The notes beneath the pieces are model-generated. The model was not told the DNA's origin, searched no databases, and saw only the letters and a list, made by a program, of their open reading frames with translations. 64,000 nucleotides of DNA, from the NCBI GenBank assembly GCA_017962005.1, contig JAGCWE010000131.1, forward strand, positions 10,068-74,067. Direction: 5' to 3'. Each line of letters begins with the position of its first letter. Position 1 is the stretch's first letter. A program made the position numbers and the translations under genes. This DNA is from Paludibacteraceae bacterium. GTDB lineage: Bacteria > Bacteroidota > Bacteroidia > Bacteroidales > Paludibacteraceae. Shown piece after piece: positions 9,204-16,738 of this stretch.

Positions 9204-10094
9204 TTACAGCCCCTGACCGAAGAGGTTGTAACTACGCGTGCCGCGGATAATCACCACCCTGCCGCCATGCAGCACTTTGCGGGCGGATACGGAGGATGTC
9301 TGTTCATCTGATACGTGCGTCTGCTCCACGGCTGTTGGCGTCTCTGTGTCTTGTGGACCTTCAAACGAGTTGAAATAGTCGCCTATGCCGAAGCAATCGT
9401 TGTACGCCTCGTATGCACCTTCGGGGTAAGTCACTTTCACATCCGGCAACGTACATGCTTCTACATCCGTCCACGGATTGTATGCACCTATACCTTCGCG
9501 CAAAACCTCACAACGGGGAGGGGTTGTTCCCATAAAGCACAACTCCTGCAGTCGGTCAAGCACAATGGCACTCACGCAGAGAGAGTCCAGCGATGCAGGA
9601 AGAACCAGCTTGGAGATATAGTCGGCAGTTTCTTTCCCCACCACCACATAAACCGCTTCCTTCTTTATAAGTTTCAGCGATGAGGGCAGTGTAAGCGTGC
9701 CGCTGACCCAGACATCGTAGAGGGCTCTTTCTCCGAGCGTGACAATAGATGACGGCTCGGCAAAGGTGATGCTGTAAGCTGTAGCACCTTTCAGAGCATT
9801 GTCCTCCAGCTCAGTCACCGTAAAGACCATTTCGCCCTGTGATGTGCCGCCTGTCGAAATCGTTCCCTGCTCTACCGTGATGGTGGCAGGAACAACTATA
9901 TTCTCCATACGGTACTTCTTTGCGTTCTTCTCCTGCGTGGGCAAAAGCGAAGCGGTCATTGTATTAGGGTCACAGCGGAAATATAGTCCGCTTGCATCCT
10001 TTTGTACGAACGGCTGCAACTGCGGCTCGGCTTCCGTCGCTGCCGCACAGAGAAGAATCAACTGGAATAATATGACCTTTCCGAATGTTCGCAT
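9204..10094 (-). CDS. BspA-like leucine-rich-repeat surface protein (left arm)
   Basis: It has a signal peptide and LRR_5-like repeats (...LVLPASLDSL...). It is a paralog of 10816-11697 with the same C-terminal motif ARKVLHGGRVVIIRGTRSYNLFGQGL. Confidence 0.65.
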   Translation of the reverse strand: MRTFGKVILFQLILLCAAATEAEPQLQPFVQKDASGLYFRCDPNTMTASLLPTQEKNAKKYRMENIVVPATITVEQGTISTGGTSQGEMVFTVTELEDNALKGATAYSITFAEPSSIVTLGERALYDVWVSGTLTLPSSLKLIKKEAVYVVVGKETADYISKLVLPASLDSLCVSAIVLDRLQELCFMGTTPPRCEVLREGIGAYNPWTDVEACTLPDVKVTYPEGAYEAYNDCFGIGDYFNSFEGPQDTETPTAVEQTHVSDEQTSSVSARKVLHGGRVVIIRGTRSYNLFGQGL

Positions 10095-10136
10095 TGTGAT
10101 GTCGTTTCGTGTCTTCTTTGGTGCCGTCTGCTATTC

Positions 10137-10283
10137 TTATACGGGATTGTCATCATCTGGCACTGTACCGGGATCGGTAATGGAGCCGGACAAGTTGGCT
10201 GTGGAGCCATCCATCATTGCATGCAGCGCGTACATGACGATCTCTTCGCAGCAGGGAGTAGAATAAGCTTGTTTCTGTTTCAT
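10137..10283 (-). CDS. Small ORF (48 aa), first gene of left arm
   Basis: Not in the ORF track because it is under 60 aa. My hand translation is MKQKQAYSTPCCEEIVMYALHAMMDGSTANLSGSITDPGTVPDDDNPV. It is positionally equivalent and weakly similar to the 46-aa ORF at 10640-10780. Confidence 0.4.
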   Translation of the reverse strand: MKQKQAYSTPCCEEIVMYALHAMMDGSTANLSGSITDPGTVPDDDNPV

Positions 10284-10334
10284 TTGTTTGTCATTTTTAA
10301 TGTTATCAATTGGGGTTATCTGTTAACGACTTAA

Positions 10335-10353
10335 TAAACGACCGTTTTTTCGG
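10335..10353. repeat. Left inverted repeat (IR-L) of candidate invertible promoter
   Basis: TAAACGACCGTTTTTTCGG. Its reverse complement recurs at 10558-10577. Confidence 0.6.
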
Positions 10354-10541
10354 TCGTCGCAGACGGCGCCTTATTATAAACATTATGAGAGTGTTGATAC
10401 AAGCGGCATAAGCCCGTATGTCGGTGAACGGAATGTGTGAATACAGGGAGAGATTGTGTCATAAAAACAGGCAAAATGCCATAAAATCATAAAAAAGAGA
10501 AAAAAACGGTCGAATTGTTTGGCAGAATGAAAAGAGTTCTC

Positions 10542-10549
10542 TACTTTTG
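10542..10549 (+). promoter_or_regulatory. Canonical Bacteroides promoter (-33 TTTG at 10518-10521, -7 TACTTTTG) facing the right arm
   Basis: TACTTTTG with TTTG 20 nt upstream. It is the only TAnnTTTG box on either strand in the 10284-10639 divergent region. Confidence 0.6.
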
Positions 10550-10557
10550 CCACCCTC

Positions 10558-10577
10558 CCTGAAAAAAGGGTCGTTTA
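10558..10577. repeat. Right inverted repeat (IR-R) of candidate invertible promoter
   Basis: CCTGAAAAAAGGGTCGTTTA is the reverse complement of TAAACGACCCTTTTTTCAGG. It matches IR-L at 16 of 17 core positions, with one 1-nt indel. Confidence 0.6.
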
Positions 10578-10639
10578 ACGCCCTGTGGGAAGAAACTATA
10601 GAATAAACCGAATATTAACCTTATAAAACCAACAAGTGT

Positions 10640-10780
10640 ATGAAGAAAACGTATTACTTGCCTCTGACGGAGACAGTTCCGTTTGGCGCCATGGAGCGTA
10701 TTATGGATGCTACCGTTATCAGTGCTGATCCTGTCATTCAAGACGAGGATCCCAGTGATCCCAATGCCATGATATGGTAA
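10640..10780 (+). CDS. Small ORF (46 aa), first gene of right arm
   Basis: My hand translation is MKKTYYLPLTETVPFGAMERIMDATVISADPVIQDEDPSDPNAMIW. It starts ~90 nt downstream of the promoter box, and its stop overlaps the ATG at 10774 of the next ORF. Confidence 0.4.
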   Translation: MKKTYYLPLTETVPFGAMERIMDATVISADPVIQDEDPSDPNAMIW

Positions 10781-10815
10781 ACCCGTCAGCCGGAAGGATG
10801 CTTGAAACGACGGAT

Positions 10816-11697
10816 ATGAACTCGAGTCTGAATCACATAGTGCTTGCAAAGTGCCGCGCGTTGTTGCCGCTGCTTCTGCTTGCGTTTGTTCCGCGGCTTG
10901 CGGCGCAGACGTTCACCTACGATGCCGACGGGCTGTACTACAGTTGCGACCCCGGCACGAAGGAGGCGGTGCTGATTGCCTGCAGGGATGCCAATACCGG
11001 TTATGTCTATGAGCAGGCGAACGTGTTTGTCCCCGCAACCATCACGGTCAGCGGCGCGAGCATGGGAGGTGACAGCAGTTCGGAGAGCGAGAACACCTAC
11101 ACCGTGACGGAGATAGGCGAGGGTGCGCTGGAGGGTGCGTGGGCGCAGACGCTCGCGTTCGGAAAAGGCAGCCAGGTCCGCATCATCCGCCGCAGGGGAC
11201 TGTACGGATTGGGCATCAAGACGCTCGAACTGCCTGCCTCGCTGCGCGTCATCGAGGAGGAGGGATTGTATATCCGTTCGTCGCAGAAAACCCAGTCGTT
11301 CATCGCCACGCTGGTTCTGCCTGCGTCGTTGGACAGCCTCGGCCTGAGCAGCATCGTGCTTAACCGGTTGCAGAAACTCCGTTTCCTCGGAATGACGCCT
11401 CCCAAGTGCGCTGTCGCGGAGGGCGACGCCCGCAACCCGTGGACGGCGGCGGACAACGCCACGCCCGAGGACATAACGGTGGAGTACCCAGAGGGGTGCC
11501 GCGACTTATATAAGGAACGCGTGGGCATAGGCGACTATTTCACCGCCTTTGCCGAGCCGGAGACTCCCACGGGTGTCGAGGAGACGGACGCGGAAACACG
11601 GTCGTCTGCCGGAGCGGCCCGCAAGGTGATGCAGGGCGGCAGGGTGACGATTATCCGCGGCAACCGCACCTACAATCTTTTCGGACAGGGATTGTGA
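10816..11697 (+). CDS. BspA-like leucine-rich-repeat surface protein (right arm)
   Basis: I set the start at MNSSLNHIVLAKCRALLPLLLLAFVPRLAAQ (signal peptide); upstream in-frame ATGs at 10774 and 10798 are possible. It is a paralog of 9204-10094 and ends ARKVMQGGRVTIIRGNRTYNLFGQGL. Confidence 0.65.
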   Translation: MNSSLNHIVLAKCRALLPLLLLAFVPRLAAQTFTYDADGLYYSCDPGTKEAVLIACRDANTGYVYEQANVFVPATITVSGASMGGDSSSESENTYTVTEIGEGALEGAWAQTLAFGKGSQVRIIRRRGLYGLGIKTLELPASLRVIEEEGLYIRSSQKTQSFIATLVLPASLDSLGLSSIVLNRLQKLRFLGMTPPKCAVAEGDARNPWTAADNATPEDITVEYPEGCRDLYKERVGIGDYFTAFAEPETPTGVEETDAETRSSAGAARKVMQGGRVTIIRGNRTYNLFGQGL

Positions 11698-11856
11698 CAT
11701 TTTGATATCGCGGCAGGTTCGCAGACATCCGCTACCCTTGCCGAAGGGATGCCGAAGGGTTGAGCTACCCTTGCCGAATGACAAAGTGTCAGTAAATACA
11801 AGGAATAACAACCAAAACAACAAACAAAATATTGTTTAACAAAAAAACGTACAATT

Positions 11857-14382
11857 ATGAAAAAACTGTTTTCACTAATTCTTATGGCTCTCATCTCATC
11901 GCAGATGTGGGCGGCTACATTAACGTTCTCGACAAATAACGGGACAATATCAGCTACCAAAGGAACTTCTTCTGTAACAAGTGTTACATCCGGATCAAGT
12001 TTATCAACATGGTATGATTATACCATTACAGTTACCTCACCTACTTGGGATTTTGAAAAATGGACTGTGACCTATGGATCTACTTCTGCAGACGTAACAA
12101 CCTCTGCTGTCACGAATACTCTAACTTTTACCCCAAGCACAAGTGGTACAAGCAGAATCCTAAAGTTCTCAACTAAAAGTTCACCAAGTAACATTACTAT
12201 TGTTGCTCATTTCATTGACCCAAGTACTGTTCCTTCGGGTCCAGTTGCACCGACAGCTGGGGCAAAAGTGAGCTATACTGCTACTCCGGGAACAAACGCT
12301 ATGCAATTAGGTCCTAATGTGGAGATTCCTAATTTCTCCAATTCTGTAGATTTAGGTTTCGCGGTGCTTTGGGCAAAAAAGAGTGTAGGTGCTTCTTCTG
12401 TTGATAGTAGAGGAACGAGATACACGAATTCAGCAGCAAAAGCATTGTCTTCTGCTACACTTGGAGGACTTGGTTGGCGCCTCCCGGCAGCTGCTGATTT
12501 TCAATCATCAGGTGGACTTTATGATCTCAACGTAAATGCTGTTGGCAACAATGTTGTTTTAACTCACAAAACGGCTTATAATGGTGTCGAACTTATAATT
12601 GCGACGGAAGGAGCTAGCGCAATGGATTTGTGGTGCAGTTATTCATCCGGTTCATACAATTACTACGGTCGTGCAAATAGAACTAGTAAGACATGGAGTT
12701 ATCCGAATAGTTCAAATAGTTCATCGTATGAGGCTTGGGTACGTCCTGTCTTTGACCTCGCAGCCGCCGGCATCAAGAAACTCACTATTAACGTAGTGAA
12801 AGATGGTGTTACCACCACGAACAACTACTACGTGGCAAACAATCAGCAGGTTGATATTACACCTGCAACAGTTAGCGGTTACAACTCTTCATGGACCAGT
12901 GGTGTCAGCGGAACGGGTAAAAAGACGTTCACCGTTACCTCAAACACTACCGCTACGATAACCTATACAGTGGCTATTACTTACGTTACCGCTACGTTCA
13001 ACAACTATGATGGTACGCAGTTGTATCAGAACACTTCCGTTGTTTCCGGAACGACTCCGACTTACAGCGGTTCAACTCCGACCAAACCGAGCACGCAGAC
13101 TGTATCTGAGGTTACCACCTACTCCTTCACAGGATGGAGTCCCGCTCTTGGTGCTATCACGACCAACACCACCTATACGGCGCAGTTCTCTTCTTCGACC
13201 GCTCCGCGCCAGTACCTCATCCGCTTCCTGCAGGAGGACGGCGAGACCGTAATTCAAAGCAGCAACGTCAATTACGGCGGAAACCCCATTGCCCCGGCTG
13301 ACGAGGATATGACAAAGATAGATGACGAAAACTACACTTACACTTTCGCGGGATGGGATGCCAATAATGACGGTATCGTGGACGAAGTGGCGGAAGTGAC
13401 CGGCGCACAGGACTATGTGGCTGTGTTCACCGCAACGCCGATTGTGGTAGTGCCCACTTACAACATCACCGTAGGCGCATACAGCAACGGTACTGTAACG
13501 CTGACAGCAGGCGGCGACGTGCAGGTTGTTCCTGCGGAAGGCGGCGTATATAACTACCTGGAGGGAACCACCATCATCGTCAAGGCTACAGCCAATCGAG
13601 GCTTCCACTTCACGGAGTGGAGCGACCATACCACCAACGCCAGCGTGCGCGTGCGCGAGATCGATGAGAACAAGACGTTCACCCCGACCTTCGCTGCCAA
13701 CACGCCGTTCACCATGCTTGACACATGGACTGAGGCGGACTGCCTGAGCAACTACGACTTCGCCAATACGCTGACCGTTGTTCTTGACGGACGCACCTTC
13801 ACCGCTGACCAGTGGGCTACGCTGTCCGTACCGTTCACCACTACGCTTACCGCGGATGACGCCCTTTACAATATGGTTTACAGACTCAGTGTTGCCACAC
13901 TCTCTCAGGATGGCGGAAGCATGCATTTCGAGTTCGTGCGCACCAATGCCATTGAGGCGAACGAGCCTTATCTGATTGTGCCGCGCCAGGCGGTCAATGA
14001 GGTGGTGTTCTACGGAGTTAAACTTGAGACACCCGTTGAGAAACATCCCACTACGGATAACCGTGTTGAGTTCGTCAGCAGCCTGTGGAAGCGGACCATC
14101 TACGGCCGCAACGAGTTCTATGTAGGCGCGAACAGCACCCTGCGTTACGCCTCCACCACCGGTACGACCGTGAAGGGCAACCGTGCGTTCTTCCGTAAGA
14201 TTAATGACGCCGCTTCTGCTCCTCGTCGCGTTGTCATCAGCATTGACGGTGTGGAGACAACGAAGGTTCTGACCGAGGACGGCGAACTGGTTGACACCAC
14301 CACCAAGCGCATGGAGAACGGTATTCTCATCATCGAGCGCAACGGTGTCCGTATGGATGCACTGGGCAACCGTATCGACTAA
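11857..14382 (+). CDS. Large secreted repeat protein (right-arm adhesin), paralog of 5887-8556
   Basis: The signal peptide MKKLFSLILMALISSQMWA matches the left copy at 18 of 19 residues. It has YxFxGW-type modules (YSFTGW, YTFAGW, FHFTEW). The C-terminal ~55 aa are conserved with the left copy. Confidence 0.6.
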   Translation: MKKLFSLILMALISSQMWAATLTFSTNNGTISATKGTSSVTSVTSGSSLSTWYDYTITVTSPTWDFEKWTVTYGSTSADVTTSAVTNTLTFTPSTSGTSRILKFSTKSSPSNITIVAHFIDPSTVPSGPVAPTAGAKVSYTATPGTNAMQLGPNVEIPNFSNSVDLGFAVLWAKKSVGASSVDSRGTRYTNSAAKALSSATLGGLGWRLPAAADFQSSGGLYDLNVNAVGNNVVLTHKTAYNGVELIIATEGASAMDLWCSYSSGSYNYYGRANRTSKTWSYPNSSNSSSYEAWVRPVFDLAAAGIKKLTINVVKDGVTTTNNYYVANNQQVDITPATVSGYNSSWTSGVSGTGKKTFTVTSNTTATITYTVAITYVTATFNNYDGTQLYQNTSVVSGTTPTYSGSTPTKPSTQTVSEVTTYSFTGWSPALGAITTNTTYTAQFSSSTAPRQYLIRFLQEDGETVIQSSNVNYGGNPIAPADEDMTKIDDENYTYTFAGWDANNDGIVDEVAEVTGAQDYVAVFTATPIVVVPTYNITVGAYSNGTVTLTAGGDVQVVPAEGGVYNYLEGTTIIVKATANRGFHFTEWSDHTTNASVRVREIDENKTFTPTFAANTPFTMLDTWTEADCLSNYDFANTLTVVLDGRTFTADQWATLSVPFTTTLTADDALYNMVYRLSVATLSQDGGSMHFEFVRTNAIEANEPYLIVPRQAVNEVVFYGVKLETPVEKHPTTDNRVEFVSSLWKRTIYGRNEFYVGANSTLRYASTTGTTVKGNRAFFRKINDAASAPRRVVISIDGVETTKVLTEDGELVDTTTKRMENGILIIERNGVRMDALGNRID

Positions 14383-14422
14383 AGGCTTCCCTGTTCCGCA
14401 TAGGAACATAGATGCATGACAA

Positions 14423-14467
14423 GTGCCGGAAATGTGTACGTTTACACATTTTCGGCACTTCTTTTTG
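14423..14467 (+). terminator. Rho-independent terminator of the right-arm operon
   Basis: 16-bp stem GTGCCGGAAATGTGTA / TACACATTTTCGGCAC (one mismatch) followed by TTCTTTTTGTG. Confidence 0.7.
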
Positions 14468-14541
14468 TGTGTTTTTACACATTTTCGGCACTTCTTTTTG
14501 TGTGTTTTTACACATTTTCGGCACTTGTCCGTGTGTGCTTG
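14443..14541. repeat. Three tandem copies of a 33-nt unit (TACACATTTTCGGCACTTCTTTTTGTGTGTTTT)
   Basis: Units start at 14443, 14476 and 14509. The unit is the 3' arm plus T-tract of the preceding terminator. Confidence 0.85.
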
Positions 14542-14672
14542 AGCCTTCCCGGCACGTTGCTTTCGTGCTTTCGCGGATATGTTCAGTGGTAGATACGGGT
14601 CAAAACAACGACAGGAAACGGATATCCGTTACCTGTCCTCTATTGTCCGTGATATATGCCTCTCTTGTCCGA

Positions 14673-14906
14673 GATATATGCAGGATTTCTTCGTAATCCT
14701 TCACCCTTCGGTGTGAAGTCTTACAAATCAAAACGAAAAAACCTCACTTGAAAGTGAACTTTCAGATGAGGTTTTCTGTTTCGGTTAGTGATATATGCAG
14801 GATTTCTTCGTAATCCTTCACCCTTCGGTGTGAAGTCTTACAAGCCATAAAAACAAACAAGCGCTTGAAAGTAAACTTTCAGACGCTTGTTCATTTTCAT
14901 GTCTCG
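14673..14906. repeat. Two tandem 117-nt units, each an identical 54-nt structured module plus a hairpin with compensatory stem changes
   Basis: The 54-nt module GATATATGCAGGATTTCTTCGTAATCCTTCACCCTTCGGTGTGAAGTCTTACAA occurs at 14673-14726 and 14790-14843 (54/54 identical). The following hairpins share the core CTTGAAAGTnAACTTTCAGA, but their outer stems differ with pairing preserved (AACCTCA..TGAGGTT vs ACAAGCG..CGCTTGT). Confidence 0.8.
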
Positions 14907-14980
14907 TGATCCATGCAGGATTCAAACCTGCAACCCCCACATCCGTAGTGTGGTACTCTATTCAGTTGAGCTAATGGACC
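14907..14980 (-). tRNA. tRNA-Arg (anticodon ACG)
   Basis: I folded the cloverleaf by hand. Acceptor GGTCCAT/ATGGATC (one G-U pair), D stem GCTC/GAGT, anticodon stem CCACA/TGTGG with loop CTACGGA, T arm GCAGG-TTTGAAT-CCTGC, discriminator A. CCA is not encoded. Confidence 0.9.
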
Positions 14981-15195
14981 GTTTCGCTTTTGCTTGCAAA
15001 CCAAACTATAAATACCATGAAACAACACGGTTTGCCCTCAAAAGCGGGCGCAAAAATAGTGTCTTTTTGCGGACTGACAAAATATTTTTGCGATAATTTT
15101 GTCAGAAAGTATATAACCTGTTATAAATGAGGATGCGGAGCAACGGAGTCTGGTCTTCCGTTGTTCCGCAATCCTTATTGTTCCGCCGTGTCTGT

Positions 15196-16686
15196 TCAGT
15201 ATGCGATGGCGAAGACCACGCGGCGGGGCGACGGCTTGCCTGTTACCATGCACTTGCCTGTCTCTTCCTTGAATCCGGGCAGCGGGTCAAGCGGGATGCA
15301 GCGGATGGTGGCTTTGGTTTCCTCCTTGATGCGCTCTTCCGTTTCGGGCGTGCCGTCCCAGTGGCACAGCAGGAATCCGCCTTTCTGTATCTCCGTCTTG
15401 AATTCCTCATACGAATCGCACGTGCGTATATGCGCTGTACGGAAGTCAAGCGCTTTCTTGTAGCAGTTATACTGTATGTCTGCCAAAAGTCGCTCTACGT
15501 GCCCGCAAATGCCTTCTACGGGCATTGTCTCTTTGGTGAGTGTGTCACGCCTTGCCACCTCGATGGTGTTGTTCTCAAGGTCGCGTGCGCCCATAGCCAG
15601 GCGGACAGGCACGCCCTTGAGTTCGTAGTTGGCGAACTTGAAGCCGGGTGACGACTGGTCGGAGGTGTCCACTTTGACGCGGATGTTGCGGCGGCGCAGT
15701 TCGTCTGCAAGCGGGTTGAGTTTCTCCATCAGTGCCGCAAGGTCCTCCTGCTTCTTGAAGATGGGAACGATGACCACTTGTGTGGGAGCGAGGGCGGGCG
15801 GCAGTACAAGTCCGTTGTCGTCGGAGTGGGTCATGATGAGCGCGCCCATCAGACGGGTGCTGACGCCCCACGAGGTAGCCCATACGTATTCGTACTTGTT
15901 CTCTTTGGATAGGAACTGCACGTCGAAGGACTTGGCGAAGTTCTGTCCGAGGAAGTGGGACGTTCCCGCCTGCAGGGCCTTGCCGTCCTGCATCATCGCC
16001 TCGATGCAGTAGGTGTTGAGCGCGCCCGCGAAGCGTTCGTTGGCGGACTTGACACCTTTGATGACGGGTATCGCCATTATCTTTTCCGCGAAGTCCGCAT
16101 AGACGTCGAGCATGCGGCGGGCGTAGTCCTCCGCCTCCTCACGGGTGGCGTGGGCTGTGTGTCCCTCCTGCCAGAGGAACTCGGCGGTACGCAGGAAGAG
16201 GCGCGTGCGCATCTCCCAGCGCATGACGTTGCACCACTGGTTGCAGAGGATGGGCAGGTCACGATATGAGGATATCCAGTTCTTGTAGGTGGACCAGATG
16301 ATGGTTTCCGACGTGGGACGGACGATAAGCTCCTCTTCAAGGCGTGCGTTCGGGTCCACCACCACGCCCTTGCCGTTCGGGTCGTTCATCAGGCGGTGGT
16401 GTGTCACTACGGCACATTCCTTGGCGAAGCCTTCCACATGCTCCGCTTCGCGGCTGAGGAACGATTTGGGGATAAGCAGGGGGAAATAGGCGTTCTGTAC
16501 GCCCTGCTGCTTGAAGCGGCTGTCCAGCTCGCGCTGGATGGTCTCCCAGATGGCGTATCCGTACGGCTTGATGACCATGCAGCCGCGCACTGCGGACTGC
16601 TCGGCAAGGTCGGCTTTTACCACCAGTTCGTTATACCATTTGCTGTAGTCTTCCTGTCGGGAAGTGAGTTTCTGAAAGTTTGCCAT
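15196..16686 (-). CDS. proS: Proline--tRNA ligase (archaeal/eukaryote-like class IIa type common in Bacteroidota)
   Basis: 496 aa with N-terminus [48 protein letters not shown]. Class II motifs and a C-terminal Zn-binding-type domain are typical of this ProRS subtype. Confidence 0.9.
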   Translation of the reverse strand: MANFQKLTSRQEDYSKWYNELVVKADLAEQSAVRGCMVIKPYGYAIWETIQRELDSRFKQQGVQNAYFPLLIPKSFLSREAEHVEGFAKECAVVTHHRLMNDPNGKGVVVDPNARLEEELIVRPTSETIIWSTYKNWISSYRDLPILCNQWCNVMRWEMRTRLFLRTAEFLWQEGHTAHATREEAEDYARRMLDVYADFAEKIMAIPVIKGVKSANERFAGALNTYCIEAMMQDGKALQAGTSHFLGQNFAKSFDVQFLSKENKYEYVWATSWGVSTRLMGALIMTHSDDNGLVLPPALAPTQVVIVPIFKKQEDLAALMEKLNPLADELRRRNIRVKVDTSDQSSPGFKFANYELKGVPVRLAMGARDLENNTIEVARRDTLTKETMPVEGICGHVERLLADIQYNCYKKALDFRTAHIRTCDSYEEFKTEIQKGGFLLCHWDGTPETEERIKEETKATIRCIPLDPLPGFKEETGKCMVTGKPSPRRVVFAIAY

Positions 16687-16696
16687 TGTGCAAAAT

Positions 16697-16717
16697 GAAG
16701 CGGCTTTCCGCCGCTTC
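16697..16717 (-). terminator. Hairpin terminator between OM-protein gene and proS
   Basis: 8-bp stem GAAGCGGC/GCCGCTTC, followed on the minus strand by ATTTTGCAC. Confidence 0.45.
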
Positions 16718-16738
16718 GTATTTTATAGGTTTATACGT

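Noticed and set aside
9204-11697. Calling the C-termini of the small LRR proteins T9SS sorting domains.
   Set aside because: The conserved part is only ~25 aa, preceded by a disordered acidic linker. That is much shorter than the clear ~70-80-aa T9SS domains at 19.3-23.5 kb, so I report it as an unassigned motif.
13072-14409. Long antisense ORFs opposite real genes. These are 13072-14409 (-), 20154-21491 (+), 22157-23407 (+), 29401-31116 (+), 39205-39927 (-) and 50706-51875 (-).
   Set aside because: Each lies fully inside a gene with strong family signatures on the other strand. They have no motifs and a skewed R/G/V/H composition.
14412-14696. A 94-aa ORF downstream of the right-arm adhesin gene.
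   Set aside because: It is translated from the 33-nt tandem repeats, so its peptide repeats FGTSFCVFLHI. It starts inside a terminator hairpin and has no promoter.
5887-14980. The idea that the surface-protein region is a tRNA-Arg-targeted genomic island or integrative element.
   Set aside because: No integrase, excisionase, transposase or conjugation gene is present. The only support is a 13/15-nt resemblance between the repeat module and the tRNA 3' end. I keep it as a minor possibility under the tRNA-flank finding only.
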